Origin: a virus
IMG/VR virus record: IMGVR_UViG_3300028364_001588
Direction: 5' to 3' (one strand)
DNA length: 64,000 bases
A model generated the notes under the pieces. That model had not been told where the DNA came from, did no database searches, and worked only from the letters and a program-made list of their open reading frames with translations. Numbering within the stretch: the stretch's first letter is position 1; each line of letters opens with the position of its first letter. Below, piece by piece: positions 20,152 through 30,024 of the stretch. A program made the position numbers and the translations under genes.

Positions 20152-20841
20152 TTAAACTGAAACTTTTGCTTTAATTGCAGGAAGTGGTTTGTAATCTAAA
20201 ATCTTAATATCATCATATTGAAAGTCGAATATGTTCTTAACGTCTGGATTTAGCCAAATACTTGGTAATTCAGGACCATATACATCTGGCATATAATGAA
20301 TGTTTTTGTTTTCCCAGAAATTAATACCACCAGAACCATTAGAATATGTTCTGTCTAAAAGCTCATTTACTTGGTCTTTATGATTTGAATACAGGTGAGC
20401 ATCCCCAAATGTATGAACAAACTTACCAGGCTTCATTCCAGTTACGTGACACATCATGTGCAACAGTAGTGAGTATGACGCAATGTTAAAAGGAACTCCA
20501 AGAAATGTATCTGCAGAACGTTGGTACAGTTGTAGAGAAAGTTCGTATTTTGGCACTCCCCAACCATCGCAAACTCCATGTAAATAACCTTTTTCAACAT
20601 CCCAATTAGCATCTACACCATTAGTGTTTCCATAATTTACTGAAATGTTCATCCTTTCTCTGGATGTTAATTCTCTTGCTTGAAACTGGAAGAATGCATG
20701 GCAGGGTCTGAGTGCCATCTTTCCTGGTTGGACATGTTTTTTACCAAACTCTTTATTAAATCCTTTATCTGCTTTTAACTTTTCTAAAAACTCTTCTTTT
20801 GTAAGCGGAGCTCCATCTTCATGTGTATACTTTTTATTCAT
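20152..20841 (-). CDS. thyA: thymidylate synthase, C-terminal fragment
   Basis: [34 protein letters not shown]; about 40 aa of non-canonical N-terminal head. Confidence 0.9.
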   Translation of the reverse strand: MNKKYTHEDGAPLTKEEFLEKLKADKGFNKEFGKKHVQPGKMALRPCHAFFQFQARELTSRERMNISVNYGNTNGVDANWDVEKGYLHGVCDGWGVPKYELSLQLYQRSADTFLGVPFNIASYSLLLHMMCHVTGMKPGKFVHTFGDAHLYSNHKDQVNELLDRTYSNGSGGINFWENKNIHYMPDVYGPELPSIWLNPDVKNIFDFQYDDIKILDYKPLPAIKAKVSV

Positions 20842-20842
20842 A

Positions 20843-21097
20843 TTAATTTATTTTTTGGTTTCCCCATTTGGTGTTATCATAAGTAACTGTTTCCATTTTA
20901 TCAACATTTACAAACACTCCCCAGCCAAACTCTGTTTGATAAAACGCTTCATTATCTTTTAATTGGTATATATCCTCATCATTTGGACCTACCTTTAACT
21001 TTCGTTTATGAGATAAATTAAATTCCATTGTTTCGTCATAACCATTTAATTTTATGGTTTTTGGTAAATCTATTGTTTTTGTTATTTTATAATCCAT
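20843..21097 (-). CDS. hypothetical protein within the thyA interruption
   Basis: 84 aa ORF abutting both neighbours. Confidence 0.55.
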   Translation of the reverse strand: MDYKITKTIDLPKTIKLNGYDETMEFNLSHKRKLKVGPNDEDIYQLKDNEAFYQTEFGWGVFVNVDKMETVTYDNTKWGNQKIN

Positions 21098-21936
21098 TCT
21101 TTAAAATTTTTATTTTTAACTCTACCCCTTACTGTATTTTCAGATAAATCAAGTTGTCTTGCAGCTTCAGCAACGCTTCTATAAACAACTTCATTTATAG
21201 AACATTGTTTATTTTGAGCTGAATTCAAACTTATATTTTTCTTGTGTTCATCAGTTTTTGGCTTTGAGTTAATTTCGCTCAACATTTTCTTTACTTCATC
21301 TGTATGTGTTTTCCCTTTAAAAGGATTATTTTCTTTCATCCACTGGGAGTGACCATCATTTGTTTTACCATTCCAATAACCCTCTTTTCCTTTGTTAGCC
21401 TCACTTATTTTTTTACTAATAATTTTTCGCTCTTCATCGGGCAAATTTTGGTGCCATTCTTTTCTTTTGTCTGATATTATTTTTTTTGTCTCTTCAGTGT
21501 GAGTATTTCCATACATTGGATTATTTTCTCCTAATGATTTGTCACCAAAAGATTTTCTCCATTTTTCAATTTCTTCAGAAGTTCTTTTTCGCCCCCTTGT
21601 AGGGTTATTTTCTTTCATCCATTCAGAGTGGTTTTTAGATATTAAATCTTTATCTTGATGGTTCGATATTGTGTCTCCACCCTCCCCTCCTGTTGCAATA
21701 TTATATCCGTTAGGATAAAAAGAACCAAGTTCATTAATCCAAAAGATTTCTCGCTCTGACATTTGCTCGTATGTTTCGCAATGTTCTAAAATTTCTTTTT
21801 TAAAATTATCTTTTCCATAATGCTTTATGGCATTTTTTAAAATCTTTCCACTCCCCAAATAATCAGGGTTATTAAACTTATCTTTACCAATGTAAAATCT
21901 TCCGTTTGCTAAATTTGTTGTTTTGTATATAATCAT
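21082..21936 (-). mobile_element. Seg-like GIY-YIG homing endonuclease with NUMOD3, inside thyA
   Basis: IIYKTTN...FYIGK, YLGSG, GYNIATGGEGG, ENNP repeats; promoter 21959-21965. Confidence 0.9.
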
Positions 21937-21969
21937 AATGGTATTACCTCATTTTATTATAAATACAAA

Positions 21970-22548
21970 TCATTTTATTTTTTTCAGATATTCTTGATAA
22001 AGTTCGTCATAACTTCTATTATCTGGCTCTGACAAATCCGCTACATTCCAAGCAGATACAATAAGGCCTCTATCCATTGGATTGAAATTGTCGTGACCTT
22101 CTGTAAGTTTGTCAACTATGTTTTGAATTTGATTTATGTGCTTATACATAATCTTAGGGTCTCTTGATTTTGATAACAAACCATCAGAAATGCTAATATA
22201 ATGAGCTACCTCCCAATCTACCCACTGCTTCCCGTATACTGGACCAAGGCTACCATCTTCATCGGCCCATTCATCCCAGATGTGAACTTTATTATCTACA
22301 AGGTATTTTATATTTGTCATTTCAAGACCTTCGTATTCTTTAAGGTTGGTATGATTACCAAGGAGCCAAAGTAGTTCATGAGTAACTCCTGGCATCCAAG
22401 TTTTCTTTAAAGTAAGAAGTGGGAATCCGTCATCCATATTATAAGTAGATTGGTGTCCGAATATTTTTACAGTACCAGTGCCAGTTCTATCGTCAGACTT
22501 GTGTCCTTCGTTTATAATTCTATGAATTAAATCTGTATATTGTTTCAT
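21970..22548 (-). CDS. thyA: thymidylate synthase, N-terminal fragment
   Basis: DRTGTGT, FPLLT, ELLWLL.G, IWDEWAD, LGPVYGKQW, IVSAWNV, then a 20-aa tail and stop. Confidence 0.9.
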   Translation of the reverse strand: MKQYTDLIHRIINEGHKSDDRTGTGTVKIFGHQSTYNMDDGFPLLTLKKTWMPGVTHELLWLLGNHTNLKEYEGLEMTNIKYLVDNKVHIWDEWADEDGSLGPVYGKQWVDWEVAHYISISDGLLSKSRDPKIMYKHINQIQNIVDKLTEGHDNFNPMDRGLIVSAWNVADLSEPDNRSYDELYQEYLKKIK

Positions 22549-23456
22549 ATTTGTATTTTTAAGTATTCATCATCTTCATCGTAGAGAATGTCCATTGAGT
22601 CAAGGTACTCTTTTATTGATAGCTTTTGACTATTTGATATTCCGCTTTCTATTGAACCGAGACAATCGAATTCAAGCCTTCCAACCATGCTAATATACTT
22701 GAGACCTATGTAAATGTGTTTAGACTCTGTATCATACCCTGAGGTGGCTGCAATATCATACATAGATAGCAATACATATTTTCCAAAATACATTTCATCA
22801 ATACCTTTGCTTAAATCTTTTATTTCTGAATACTTTTCGAGTTCCAATTTATTATCAACAACAGATACAATAAATTGTCCATTGTATTTTTCTGATGACT
22901 CAAGATATTTAAACGCCTCAAGAAACTCTTCTGGCTGCCACTTAAATTCCTTGGAAAAAACATTACTTTTTGGATTAGCTCTTAACGAATTAATTATTTT
23001 CTCTTTTTCAAAATAACTAACCTTTTCTCTTTTCCAGTCTGTTTTTGGTGGTGGCGTTCCTTTTGAGATGGGTTGCTTCAATTGGTCTGCAACTTCTTTA
23101 GCTGTCCTGGAAGGCTCTTCCATTGTAATACCAGCTGCAGCAACAGATGCTTTTCGAATTTCTTCCTGTCTTTCACGAGAAAGAACTTCATCTATAATAG
23201 CTTTTTTGCCGATGTCACCAAAATGGACACCTTTGAATTTTTCTTTATTTTGAGACTCTTTAACCTTTTGAATTGTGTCATTATTAAGTTCATCTCTAAT
23301 ATCAAGAAACATAAATTCAGCAAGCTCACAAAGCTTATTGTTAATGTCTAAGATGTACTTTTCAACTCTATCTTTTCGGTTTTTGTTTATTTCTGCAATG
23401 TTGTTTTCCTTTCCGCTGATTGGGTAGTGGTCAGGATGGTATCTGTTTATGCTCAT
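22545..23456 (-). CDS. hypothetical protein
   Basis: 303 aa ORF overlapping the thyA start. Confidence 0.65.
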   Translation of the reverse strand: MSINRYHPDHYPISGKENNIAEINKNRKDRVEKYILDINNKLCELAEFMFLDIRDELNNDTIQKVKESQNKEKFKGVHFGDIGKKAIIDEVLSRERQEEIRKASVAAAGITMEEPSRTAKEVADQLKQPISKGTPPPKTDWKREKVSYFEKEKIINSLRANPKSNVFSKEFKWQPEEFLEAFKYLESSEKYNGQFIVSVVDNKLELEKYSEIKDLSKGIDEMYFGKYVLLSMYDIAATSGYDTESKHIYIGLKYISMVGRLEFDCLGSIESGISNSQKLSIKEYLDSMDILYDEDDEYLKIQI

Positions 23457-23509
23457 GACTATGCTTTCTAATTTTTATAAAAATAAGAAAATATAGTCAT
23501 AAAAACAAA

Positions 23510-24649
23510 TTAGGAAATGGAAAATAGCTTGAAATATTCTTCTGTAGTAATTTCAGGCTTGTCAAGACTCTTTATAAACTCTATTTTTGTTTTGATGAAC
23601 TCGACATCTTTCTTTACCATCATAGCCTCTTCGAACTCTTCGTTATTAGATAGTGAGTCCATTTTTTTAGAAAGAAACTTGCTCAACTCTTCGGCTTCGT
23701 ATTCTATATCTCCAGTTGCAATAAATTTATTACCTTCATAGACTGATTCTGTCTTAATTTTTTCAGACAACTTAATCAACCTATCATATCCCATTCTATT
23801 TGTCTCAAAAACAATTGATTGGTCTGGTTTAAGGTGTTTTTTTACTTCAGCAAGTTTATATGGAAACTTTGTTTCCTTAAGAATCATAGAGTCACCCTTT
23901 TCAAGTCTTTTTTGATACTTAAAGAATCCACTATAAAGTATTCCAACTTCTTTTAGCAAGTCACCTTGGTTCTTGCAGCTTGTGAACACAATTGAGTTTG
24001 GACTATTTGGGTCTTTTACTCTTTCGAATTCTGACTCAACTATTTTTATATAATTTCTATCATCATAATCCTCAGAATCTTTAAAGTCTCCTCCGAACTG
24101 GATTATAGGGCTTCCCGTTTGGTTAAACCCAAACTCCAAGAATAGATAAAAATACAAAGTAACTTTTTCTCTTAATTCAGGCTCTTTGTATTTAAACTTA
24201 AACAATTCGCTTTTTGATGCTATAAGTTCATTTTTTGTACTTTCTCCTATTGGAGCATCACTTATTTCTTTGTCAAAATCCCCTTCTCCATAAATAAACT
24301 CCAGGTTGTTGTGCGCTATTTTGTCTGTCTCTGCCTTTAGATTGTTCAAATCCTTTACAACACTAACCTCCAACTCTCTACTATAGTTGAGCCCAAGGTT
24401 TTCGAGATTATCTCTCATTTCCATTATAGTTGAGACAGTTGAATTGTTGGAAGATTCAAATTGAAGACTGCTTGTTTCAGTATATCCAAATTTTTCGAGT
24501 ATCTCCTTTATGTCTTTATAACTTTTGTTTTTTACAACGCTTCTATTAAGAGTGTTGCTTCCATTTTTTGTAATAAATATCATATTCCTTCCACCGCTTG
24601 CAAAAGGATTTGGTATGATACAGAAATCTAAATCTACGTCTTTATTCAT
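23510..24649 (-). CDS. hypothetical protein, C-terminal UVR-like motif
   Basis: 379 aa; NEEFEEAMMVK; promoter 24663-24670. Confidence 0.65.
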   Translation of the reverse strand: MNKDVDLDFCIIPNPFASGGRNMIFITKNGSNTLNRSVVKNKSYKDIKEILEKFGYTETSSLQFESSNNSTVSTIMEMRDNLENLGLNYSRELEVSVVKDLNNLKAETDKIAHNNLEFIYGEGDFDKEISDAPIGESTKNELIASKSELFKFKYKEPELREKVTLYFYLFLEFGFNQTGSPIIQFGGDFKDSEDYDDRNYIKIVESEFERVKDPNSPNSIVFTSCKNQGDLLKEVGILYSGFFKYQKRLEKGDSMILKETKFPYKLAEVKKHLKPDQSIVFETNRMGYDRLIKLSEKIKTESVYEGNKFIATGDIEYEAEELSKFLSKKMDSLSNNEEFEEAMMVKKDVEFIKTKIEFIKSLDKPEITTEEYFKLFSIS

Positions 24650-24704
24650 ATAGGCTTTTATTATAAATAGTTTATAAATAATTTGACATTTTTGTCACAT
24701 ATTT

Positions 24705-25309
<605 letters not shown>

Positions 25310-25310
<1 letters not shown>

Positions 25311-25561
25311 TGAATTTATCAGAAGAAGACGAAATAAGAGCAATGGTTAGAGAAATGCTTGCTGGAGGAATCAAAGAATATGACGCATTGTATTCCAAAG
25401 AAAAAGAATGGAAGCAGGAGTCTAAAGAGCTTAGAGTCTTACTTGTTGACTTGCTTAAAAATATTGAGAATGATGATTACAAAGAGGGTGTCAGCAAAAT
25501 AGACACCGTTGTTCACAAGCTAAATACTTGGAAAAGGAAAATCGAAAAATTTATTGACTAA
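25310..25561 (+). CDS. putative head-internal protein
   Basis: LSEEDEIRAMVREML leader. Confidence 0.5.
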
Positions 25562-25579
25562 TACCTAAAAAATAACAAA

Positions 25580-25693
25580 ATGAAAGACGTGAAAGAAACC
25601 TGTACTTGCAAATGCAAGGAATGCGAAAAAGATAGCTGTAAAAATTGCTCTTGCAAATCATGCAAGTGTGACGGATGTGCTTGTGACAAATAA
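25580..25693 (+). CDS. metallothionein-like peptide (37 aa, 11 Cys; not in ORF track)
   Basis: MKDVKETCTCKCKECEKDSCKNCSCKSCKCDGCACDK. Confidence 0.65.
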   Translation: MKDVKETCTCKCKECEKDSCKNCSCKSCKCDGCACDK

Positions 25694-25696
25694 AAG

Positions 25697-26590
25697 TTAA
25701 TTAACTTTATAAACATGTAGTTCAGGCTGGCTCATCAAAATGTTGCTCCAGTTGTTATCATCTAACTTATCGAATTTACAATGAGCCAGGAATTTTCCTG
25801 GCTTTTCTATTAACAGCTTCTCCCAGCCAAATGGAGATATTTTATTAATATCCCTATCAAGAACAAGATAAGACAAATCAGGTTCTTCAAACATACAACA
25901 AAGCCTTATTGAATAGAATATGTCGCCAGAAAGGAACTTTTTAAAATTGCAGTAACTAAGCATCTCTGGCCTAATAGATAAAAGATTAATCCAATCTATG
26001 CTTGTTAAAGCGTTTATGTCTAAAAGGTCTAAGCTTTCTTTGCCTGTGTGAGCCAATATTTCAGAAATCTGGTATCCTTTTAATAATTTATAACTTACCT
26101 GTTTAATAATGTTTCTGTCGTAATTATATCCTTTAATGATATTCATCGACTCTTTGAAGTTAAACTTGTAATTAGAAAGTTTTATATTGTCAAGAAAATA
26201 TTTCTCCCCCAAAGAAAGAACTACTGCAGCTTCAGATGTGGTTATTTTATTGAGGTCAATTTTAAATTTCTCAACATATTCAGGCTTTCTCTTGAGAAGG
26301 TGGATTAAGTGCTTGATTTTGTAGTCATATTTCTCAATACTTACCTTTTTCATTATGTCAGCATCATTGTCGAGGCATCTAATTAGAATTCTAATCATCT
26401 TCATTTTATCAATCTTATCCCATCTAACAACTTTTCTAACCTCTTCATTTTCAGATATGACTCTATCTGGCACCTGGTTGTAATTAACATTATTCGCCAA
26501 ATGTTTCAATATTGAACTTGGAATCTCGTCCCAGTGCCAACTGAATATATCAGTTATCAAAGCGTCTGCTGTAATTGAAATTACATTCAT
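25697..26590 (-). CDS. helical repeat protein
   Basis: Repeats of L...DW..LL..RPE type. Confidence 0.6.
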   Translation of the reverse strand: MNVISITADALITDIFSWHWDEIPSSILKHLANNVNYNQVPDRVISENEEVRKVVRWDKIDKMKMIRILIRCLDNDADIMKKVSIEKYDYKIKHLIHLLKRKPEYVEKFKIDLNKITTSEAAVVLSLGEKYFLDNIKLSNYKFNFKESMNIIKGYNYDRNIIKQVSYKLLKGYQISEILAHTGKESLDLLDINALTSIDWINLLSIRPEMLSYCNFKKFLSGDIFYSIRLCCMFEEPDLSYLVLDRDINKISPFGWEKLLIEKPGKFLAHCKFDKLDDNNWSNILMSQPELHVYKVN

Positions 26591-26626
26591 AATTGATTTT
26601 AAGTATTTATTTTCTTATTTTTCCAC

Positions 26627-27151
26627 ATGGACAATAACATACCCATAAAAATATACAACAAAGATGGAAAAATAAAGCTATCCGTTAAGTATTCTAAAGT
26701 CACCAAGACTATTAGTACATATAAATACAATGGAGAAAGTGTTGACACACATCATCTTACAGTTGATGTTCGTGAGGCTATGGATAAATTGTTACTTGAG
26801 TACTCGGAATCAAATTATAATCCAGCAAGGCTTAGTAGAAAAAGCCCACTTAGCCCTTATCACGCATACTATGAAATGACGAGTGAGGTTGGTGGAGTCT
26901 TAAAAAAAAGAGTGTCTGTTTCAAAAAAATCAATTGAGAAAATTGAGATTGCTGGAGACATGGAAGAGGTGAGAACGACAATTAATCTCGATAGTAAAAA
27001 TGAGTATGAAAAAAGGATTAAGTACTTTGAGGGCGAGAGGTATGAGTCAGAATTTAAAAACGGAGAACTATATGATATTGCCTTCAGATTAAAAGAAAAT
27101 AAAATTAATGAATATTTAAAAACACTACAAGATGGAAAAGAAAAAAATTGA
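26627..27151 (+). CDS. hypothetical protein
   Basis: 174 aa ORF in a + strand run. Confidence 0.6.
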   Translation: MDNNIPIKIYNKDGKIKLSVKYSKVTKTISTYKYNGESVDTHHLTVDVREAMDKLLLEYSESNYNPARLSRKSPLSPYHAYYEMTSEVGGVLKKRVSVSKKSIEKIEIAGDMEEVRTTINLDSKNEYEKRIKYFEGERYESEFKNGELYDIAFRLKENKINEYLKTLQDGKEKN

Positions 27152-27446
27152 CATAGAGATGGCGAACATGGTCGGCAAGACTTATTTTGCAATTGCAACT
27201 TGGCATAACCAAGATTTTGATAACGAGAAAGAAAAACAAGAAGCTTTGAAGCATGTGTCTGCTGAGATTATACAGCAAATACTTGAAGATACATTCCTTC
27301 AGATGGATGGTGTTGTAGACACAGAAGCTAAAGACGTTAGTCACAGCGTTCCTGCAAAAACAATTAACCAAACATCAGGAGGTACAGGAAAGATGTTTGC
27401 TCCTACTGAGGACCCAATAATAAGAGCTCTAAGAGAAAATAGATAA
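27132..27446 (+). CDS. hypothetical protein
   Basis: 104 aa ORF overlapping upstream gene end. Confidence 0.6.
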   Translation: MEKKKIDIEMANMVGKTYFAIATWHNQDFDNEKEKQEALKHVSAEIIQQILEDTFLQMDGVVDTEAKDVSHSVPAKTINQTSGGTGKMFAPTEDPIIRALRENR

Positions 27447-27450
27447 TATC

Positions 27451-28335
27451 ATGATAACTATATTCAAAAATATAATAAAGTTCATTACAGACCCTAAAAA
27501 CACTCGAATGATAATGTTGGGCGTTATTGTTGTAGTATTATTGTTGTTCTTGCAACAGTGCAATAGAACGCAACACTTTAAAGACCAGGTTGAGCTTGAG
27601 AAACAGGAAACAAAAAGAGTTACAAATAACTACGAAGCTGCAATGGACACAATTGTTCAAGGCAAAGCAGATGAGAATACGTGGAGAGCTGAAAAAGCGG
27701 GATATGAATTAACTCTTGATGAACTTGAAGGCAAATATTCTGACCTTCTTGGCGACTTCAAGGTTGAGAAAAATAAGCCACCAAAAGTTATCATAAAAAC
27801 AGAGTACGTAATAAACGAAGTTATAAACAATGTTCCAGTATATGTTGAGATTGATAGTTTTGGAAATACGGTTATGGCATTTAATGACAGCACATACCAC
27901 GACTCTACAATGACTAATTATAGATTTTTAAGCGGAAGGATTCCATATAAGATTGTGTTCGACCCATCTGACTCTCTTTATAAAGCAGTTCCAGATTTTG
28001 GCACATTTGACCTTACACTGGGAATGAACCTTAACTTAGGGTTATTCCAAGATAAGAAAACAAGAAAGATTAGCATAATGGCTGACACAGATTATCCTGG
28101 AGTTACGTTTACAAACATTGAGGGAGCCAGCATAATGGATGACCCTGCAAACAAAAAAGTTCTTAGACAAATGCGTAAACCATGGGGGTTAGGACTTAAT
28201 GTTGGATATGGTGCTATCGTAGACATAAAGAGTGGAAACATTTCTACTGGCCCTTATTTCGGAGTAGGCTTAAGTTATACGCCTAAATTTTTACAATGGG
28301 GAAATAAAATATCTTTTTTAACTCTATTTATATAA
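27451..28335 (+). CDS. membrane-anchored coiled-coil protein, possible spanin
   Basis: N-terminal TM helix followed by Cys, coiled coil, C-terminal amphipathic beta strands (WGLGLNVGYG...YFGVGLSY). Confidence 0.45.
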   Translation: MITIFKNIIKFITDPKNTRMIMLGVIVVVLLLFLQQCNRTQHFKDQVELEKQETKRVTNNYEAAMDTIVQGKADENTWRAEKAGYELTLDELEGKYSDLLGDFKVEKNKPPKVIIKTEYVINEVINNVPVYVEIDSFGNTVMAFNDSTYHDSTMTNYRFLSGRIPYKIVFDPSDSLYKAVPDFGTFDLTLGMNLNLGLFQDKKTRKISIMADTDYPGVTFTNIEGASIMDDPANKKVLRQMRKPWGLGLNVGYGAIVDIKSGNISTGPYFGVGLSYTPKFLQWGNKISFLTLFI

Positions 28336-28345
28336 AACAAAACAA

Positions 28346-28885
28346 ATGTATACAGAAAGACTTATTGCAAATATGGCAAAGAAGACTGGGATTGACATTA
28401 GCAAGTTCGACATAGAAGAGTTGGTAATGGGAATGGATGTTGAGTTAGAACACGGAAGTGAAAATCCAGAGACAGACGTAACAGGAGATGACCCAGAAGC
28501 TACTTTTAAAATTGTAATATCTCACATGCGTGAACTTTCAGATTATTACACAAGATTAAAAAAAATGGAAAAGAAAGAAAACATTAGCGAATACGCAAAA
28601 AGAATGAGAGAACTTGCTGGTCTTTCTGAAGGAAATCAGAACAAAACTCTTAAAACTATTCAAGAAGGGGAATCTTCTTTTGAAGAAGGTCAGACTTTCT
28701 ACGCAAAAGACATGATGACTTCTAATGATGTTGTTAAAGAATCTGAAGAAAAGGATGAAGATTTTGAAACTCACAAGTTTGAGCAAAAGACAATCGAAGA
28801 AGGCGCAGATGATGCTGAGCTTTACAACTTAAATGAAAACACTGTTATTGTACTTGACTTCTTAGAAGACGAGGATAATAAATAA
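28346..28885 (+). CDS. DUF5661-like putative virion protein
   Basis: GMDVELEH...KI..SH..E..DYYTRL; ISEYAKRMRELAGL; promoter 28324-28331. Confidence 0.6.
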   Translation: MYTERLIANMAKKTGIDISKFDIEELVMGMDVELEHGSENPETDVTGDDPEATFKIVISHMRELSDYYTRLKKMEKKENISEYAKRMRELAGLSEGNQNKTLKTIQEGESSFEEGQTFYAKDMMTSNDVVKESEEKDEDFETHKFEQKTIEEGADDAELYNLNENTVIVLDFLEDEDNK

Positions 28886-28889
28886 AAGA

Positions 28890-28970
28890 TACCTTGGGGC
28901 GATAACGGACCCCTATCCTTTAGGACCGTTATAGTTACAAAAAAAGAGACTTATCGCTAAGTCTCTTTTT
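28890..28970 (+). ncRNA. candidate 3'-UTR RNA antisense to 23S rRNA helix 69
   Basis: 28920-28938 TTAGGACCGTTATAGTTAC is the exact reverse complement of 23S GUAACUAUAACGGUCCUAA (E. coli 1910-1928); masked by hairpin arm 28902-28915. Confidence 0.6.
28941..28970. terminator. bidirectional intrinsic terminator
   Basis: AAAAAGAGACTTA-tcgc-TAAGTCTCTTTTT between convergent genes. Confidence 0.85.
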
Positions 28971-28994
28971 CTTTGTCTAATATTTTCTAATTTC

Positions 28995-29231
28995 TTAGTA
29001 TCCCTGTGGAGCTTCATCGTTTGATGCTCTTGGTGCTTCTGTTACAGACGGTGCTGATACAACCTCTTCAGTTGGAGCTGGAGCTGGAGCTTCTTGGTTT
29101 TGAAGTGAGTTAAGGTAAGATATGGCTACATAAATGTAGTGAGATTCTTCTAATGAGTATACTCCACCTTTGCTATGTGCAACGTTTACTGCTGAAATTA
29201 ATGTGTTTAATGCTTCTGCTACTGAATTCAT
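28995..29231 (-). CDS. hypothetical protein
   Basis: AL..LI.AV..A..KGG.YSLEE motif; TAnnTTTG promoter. Confidence 0.65.
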   Translation of the reverse strand: MNSVAEALNTLISAVNVAHSKGGVYSLEESHYIYVAISYLNSLQNQEAPAPAPTEEVVSAPSVTEAPRASNDEAPQGY

Positions 29232-29305
29232 AATTCTAAATTTATAAAGTTTTTATTTAACCAAATATATAAACCTGGTTTTGTAAAATAAATAGTTTTT
29301 GTTTT

Positions 29306-29698
29306 TTATTTAACTAAGTCGTTAATCCAAGAAAACCTATGATTAATGTTCTCAATTATATATTCTGGCAATTTTAGGTTGTGTTGTTTAAATTTAACAG
29401 AACCTTCTTTGATTGTGTGTGGGAACTTATAGTTATACATTCCGTCAAACTCAAATGTAGACTGTCTAAGGTCCTCAAAGTTGTTTTTGCCATAATCATA
29501 CTCTTCTTCTCCTAAGAACTCGTGAACACGCTTTAAAGTCTCTACTGGATGCTTTGTAAGATGTTCATACTTAACAATAAGTATTCTATCTCCGTATCCA
29601 GTTTCAAATGCGTCATTTAAAAGCCATACTGGTCTTGCTACAAGTCCTCCATCGTTTATAAATGTATCAACCCTTTTAGATAGAGTGGAGAAAATTAC
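29306..29698 (-). pseudogene. C-terminal half of a sulfotransferase-family protein, no start codon
   Basis: Open frame ...DRILIVKYEHLTKHPVETLKRVHEFLGEE...; upstream in-frame TAG. Confidence 0.65.
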
Positions 29699-29996
29699 CT
29701 AAAGCTCCAGAAATAAAGTTATTATACCCACCTGCAATTGCAGCATACGGTGTGTTTGTTATTGTATTTCCTCTTCCAGCGACAAAAGATTCCTGACCAC
29801 CCGCAATATTTCCAGTTCCATTATTTGCTATAATAGAATTAGTACCAGTTGATGCAGACCACAAGTCTCCACTCGTACTTGTAGTAGCAGTAGTTACTAT
29901 ATTGGTGCCATCAAAAACTAATGCTTGTCCTGCGATAAGCCCTGTGAAATCATGGTCTGTTGCTCCTGTAAAGCTATGTAGTCTTAAATGGCTCAT
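29676..29996 (-). CDS. truncated tail-fibre/adhesin-like protein
   Basis: Gly/Ser/Asn-rich beta repeats (SFVAGRGNTI, AAIAGGYNNFI) ending abruptly. Confidence 0.5.
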   Translation of the reverse strand: MSHLRLHSFTGATDHDFTGLIAGQALVFDGTNIVTTATTSTSGDLWSASTGTNSIIANNGTGNIAGGQESFVAGRGNTITNTPYAAIAGGYNNFISGALGNFLHSI

Positions 29997-30024
29997 TTGG
30001 TTGTTTTATTATAAATATTATTCA

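Noticed and set aside
20720-22030. Group I intron or split intein in thyA
   Set aside because: No non-coding room or recognisable core motifs, no His-Asn/Cys-Ser-Thr junction, and the C-piece has its own ATG. Not formally excluded without RT-PCR.
28915-28940. rRNA gene fragment or twister ribozyme (GGUCCUAA on - strand)
   Set aside because: rRNA similarity stops after about 21 nt, other twister elements are not evident, and the - strand is insulated by the terminator.
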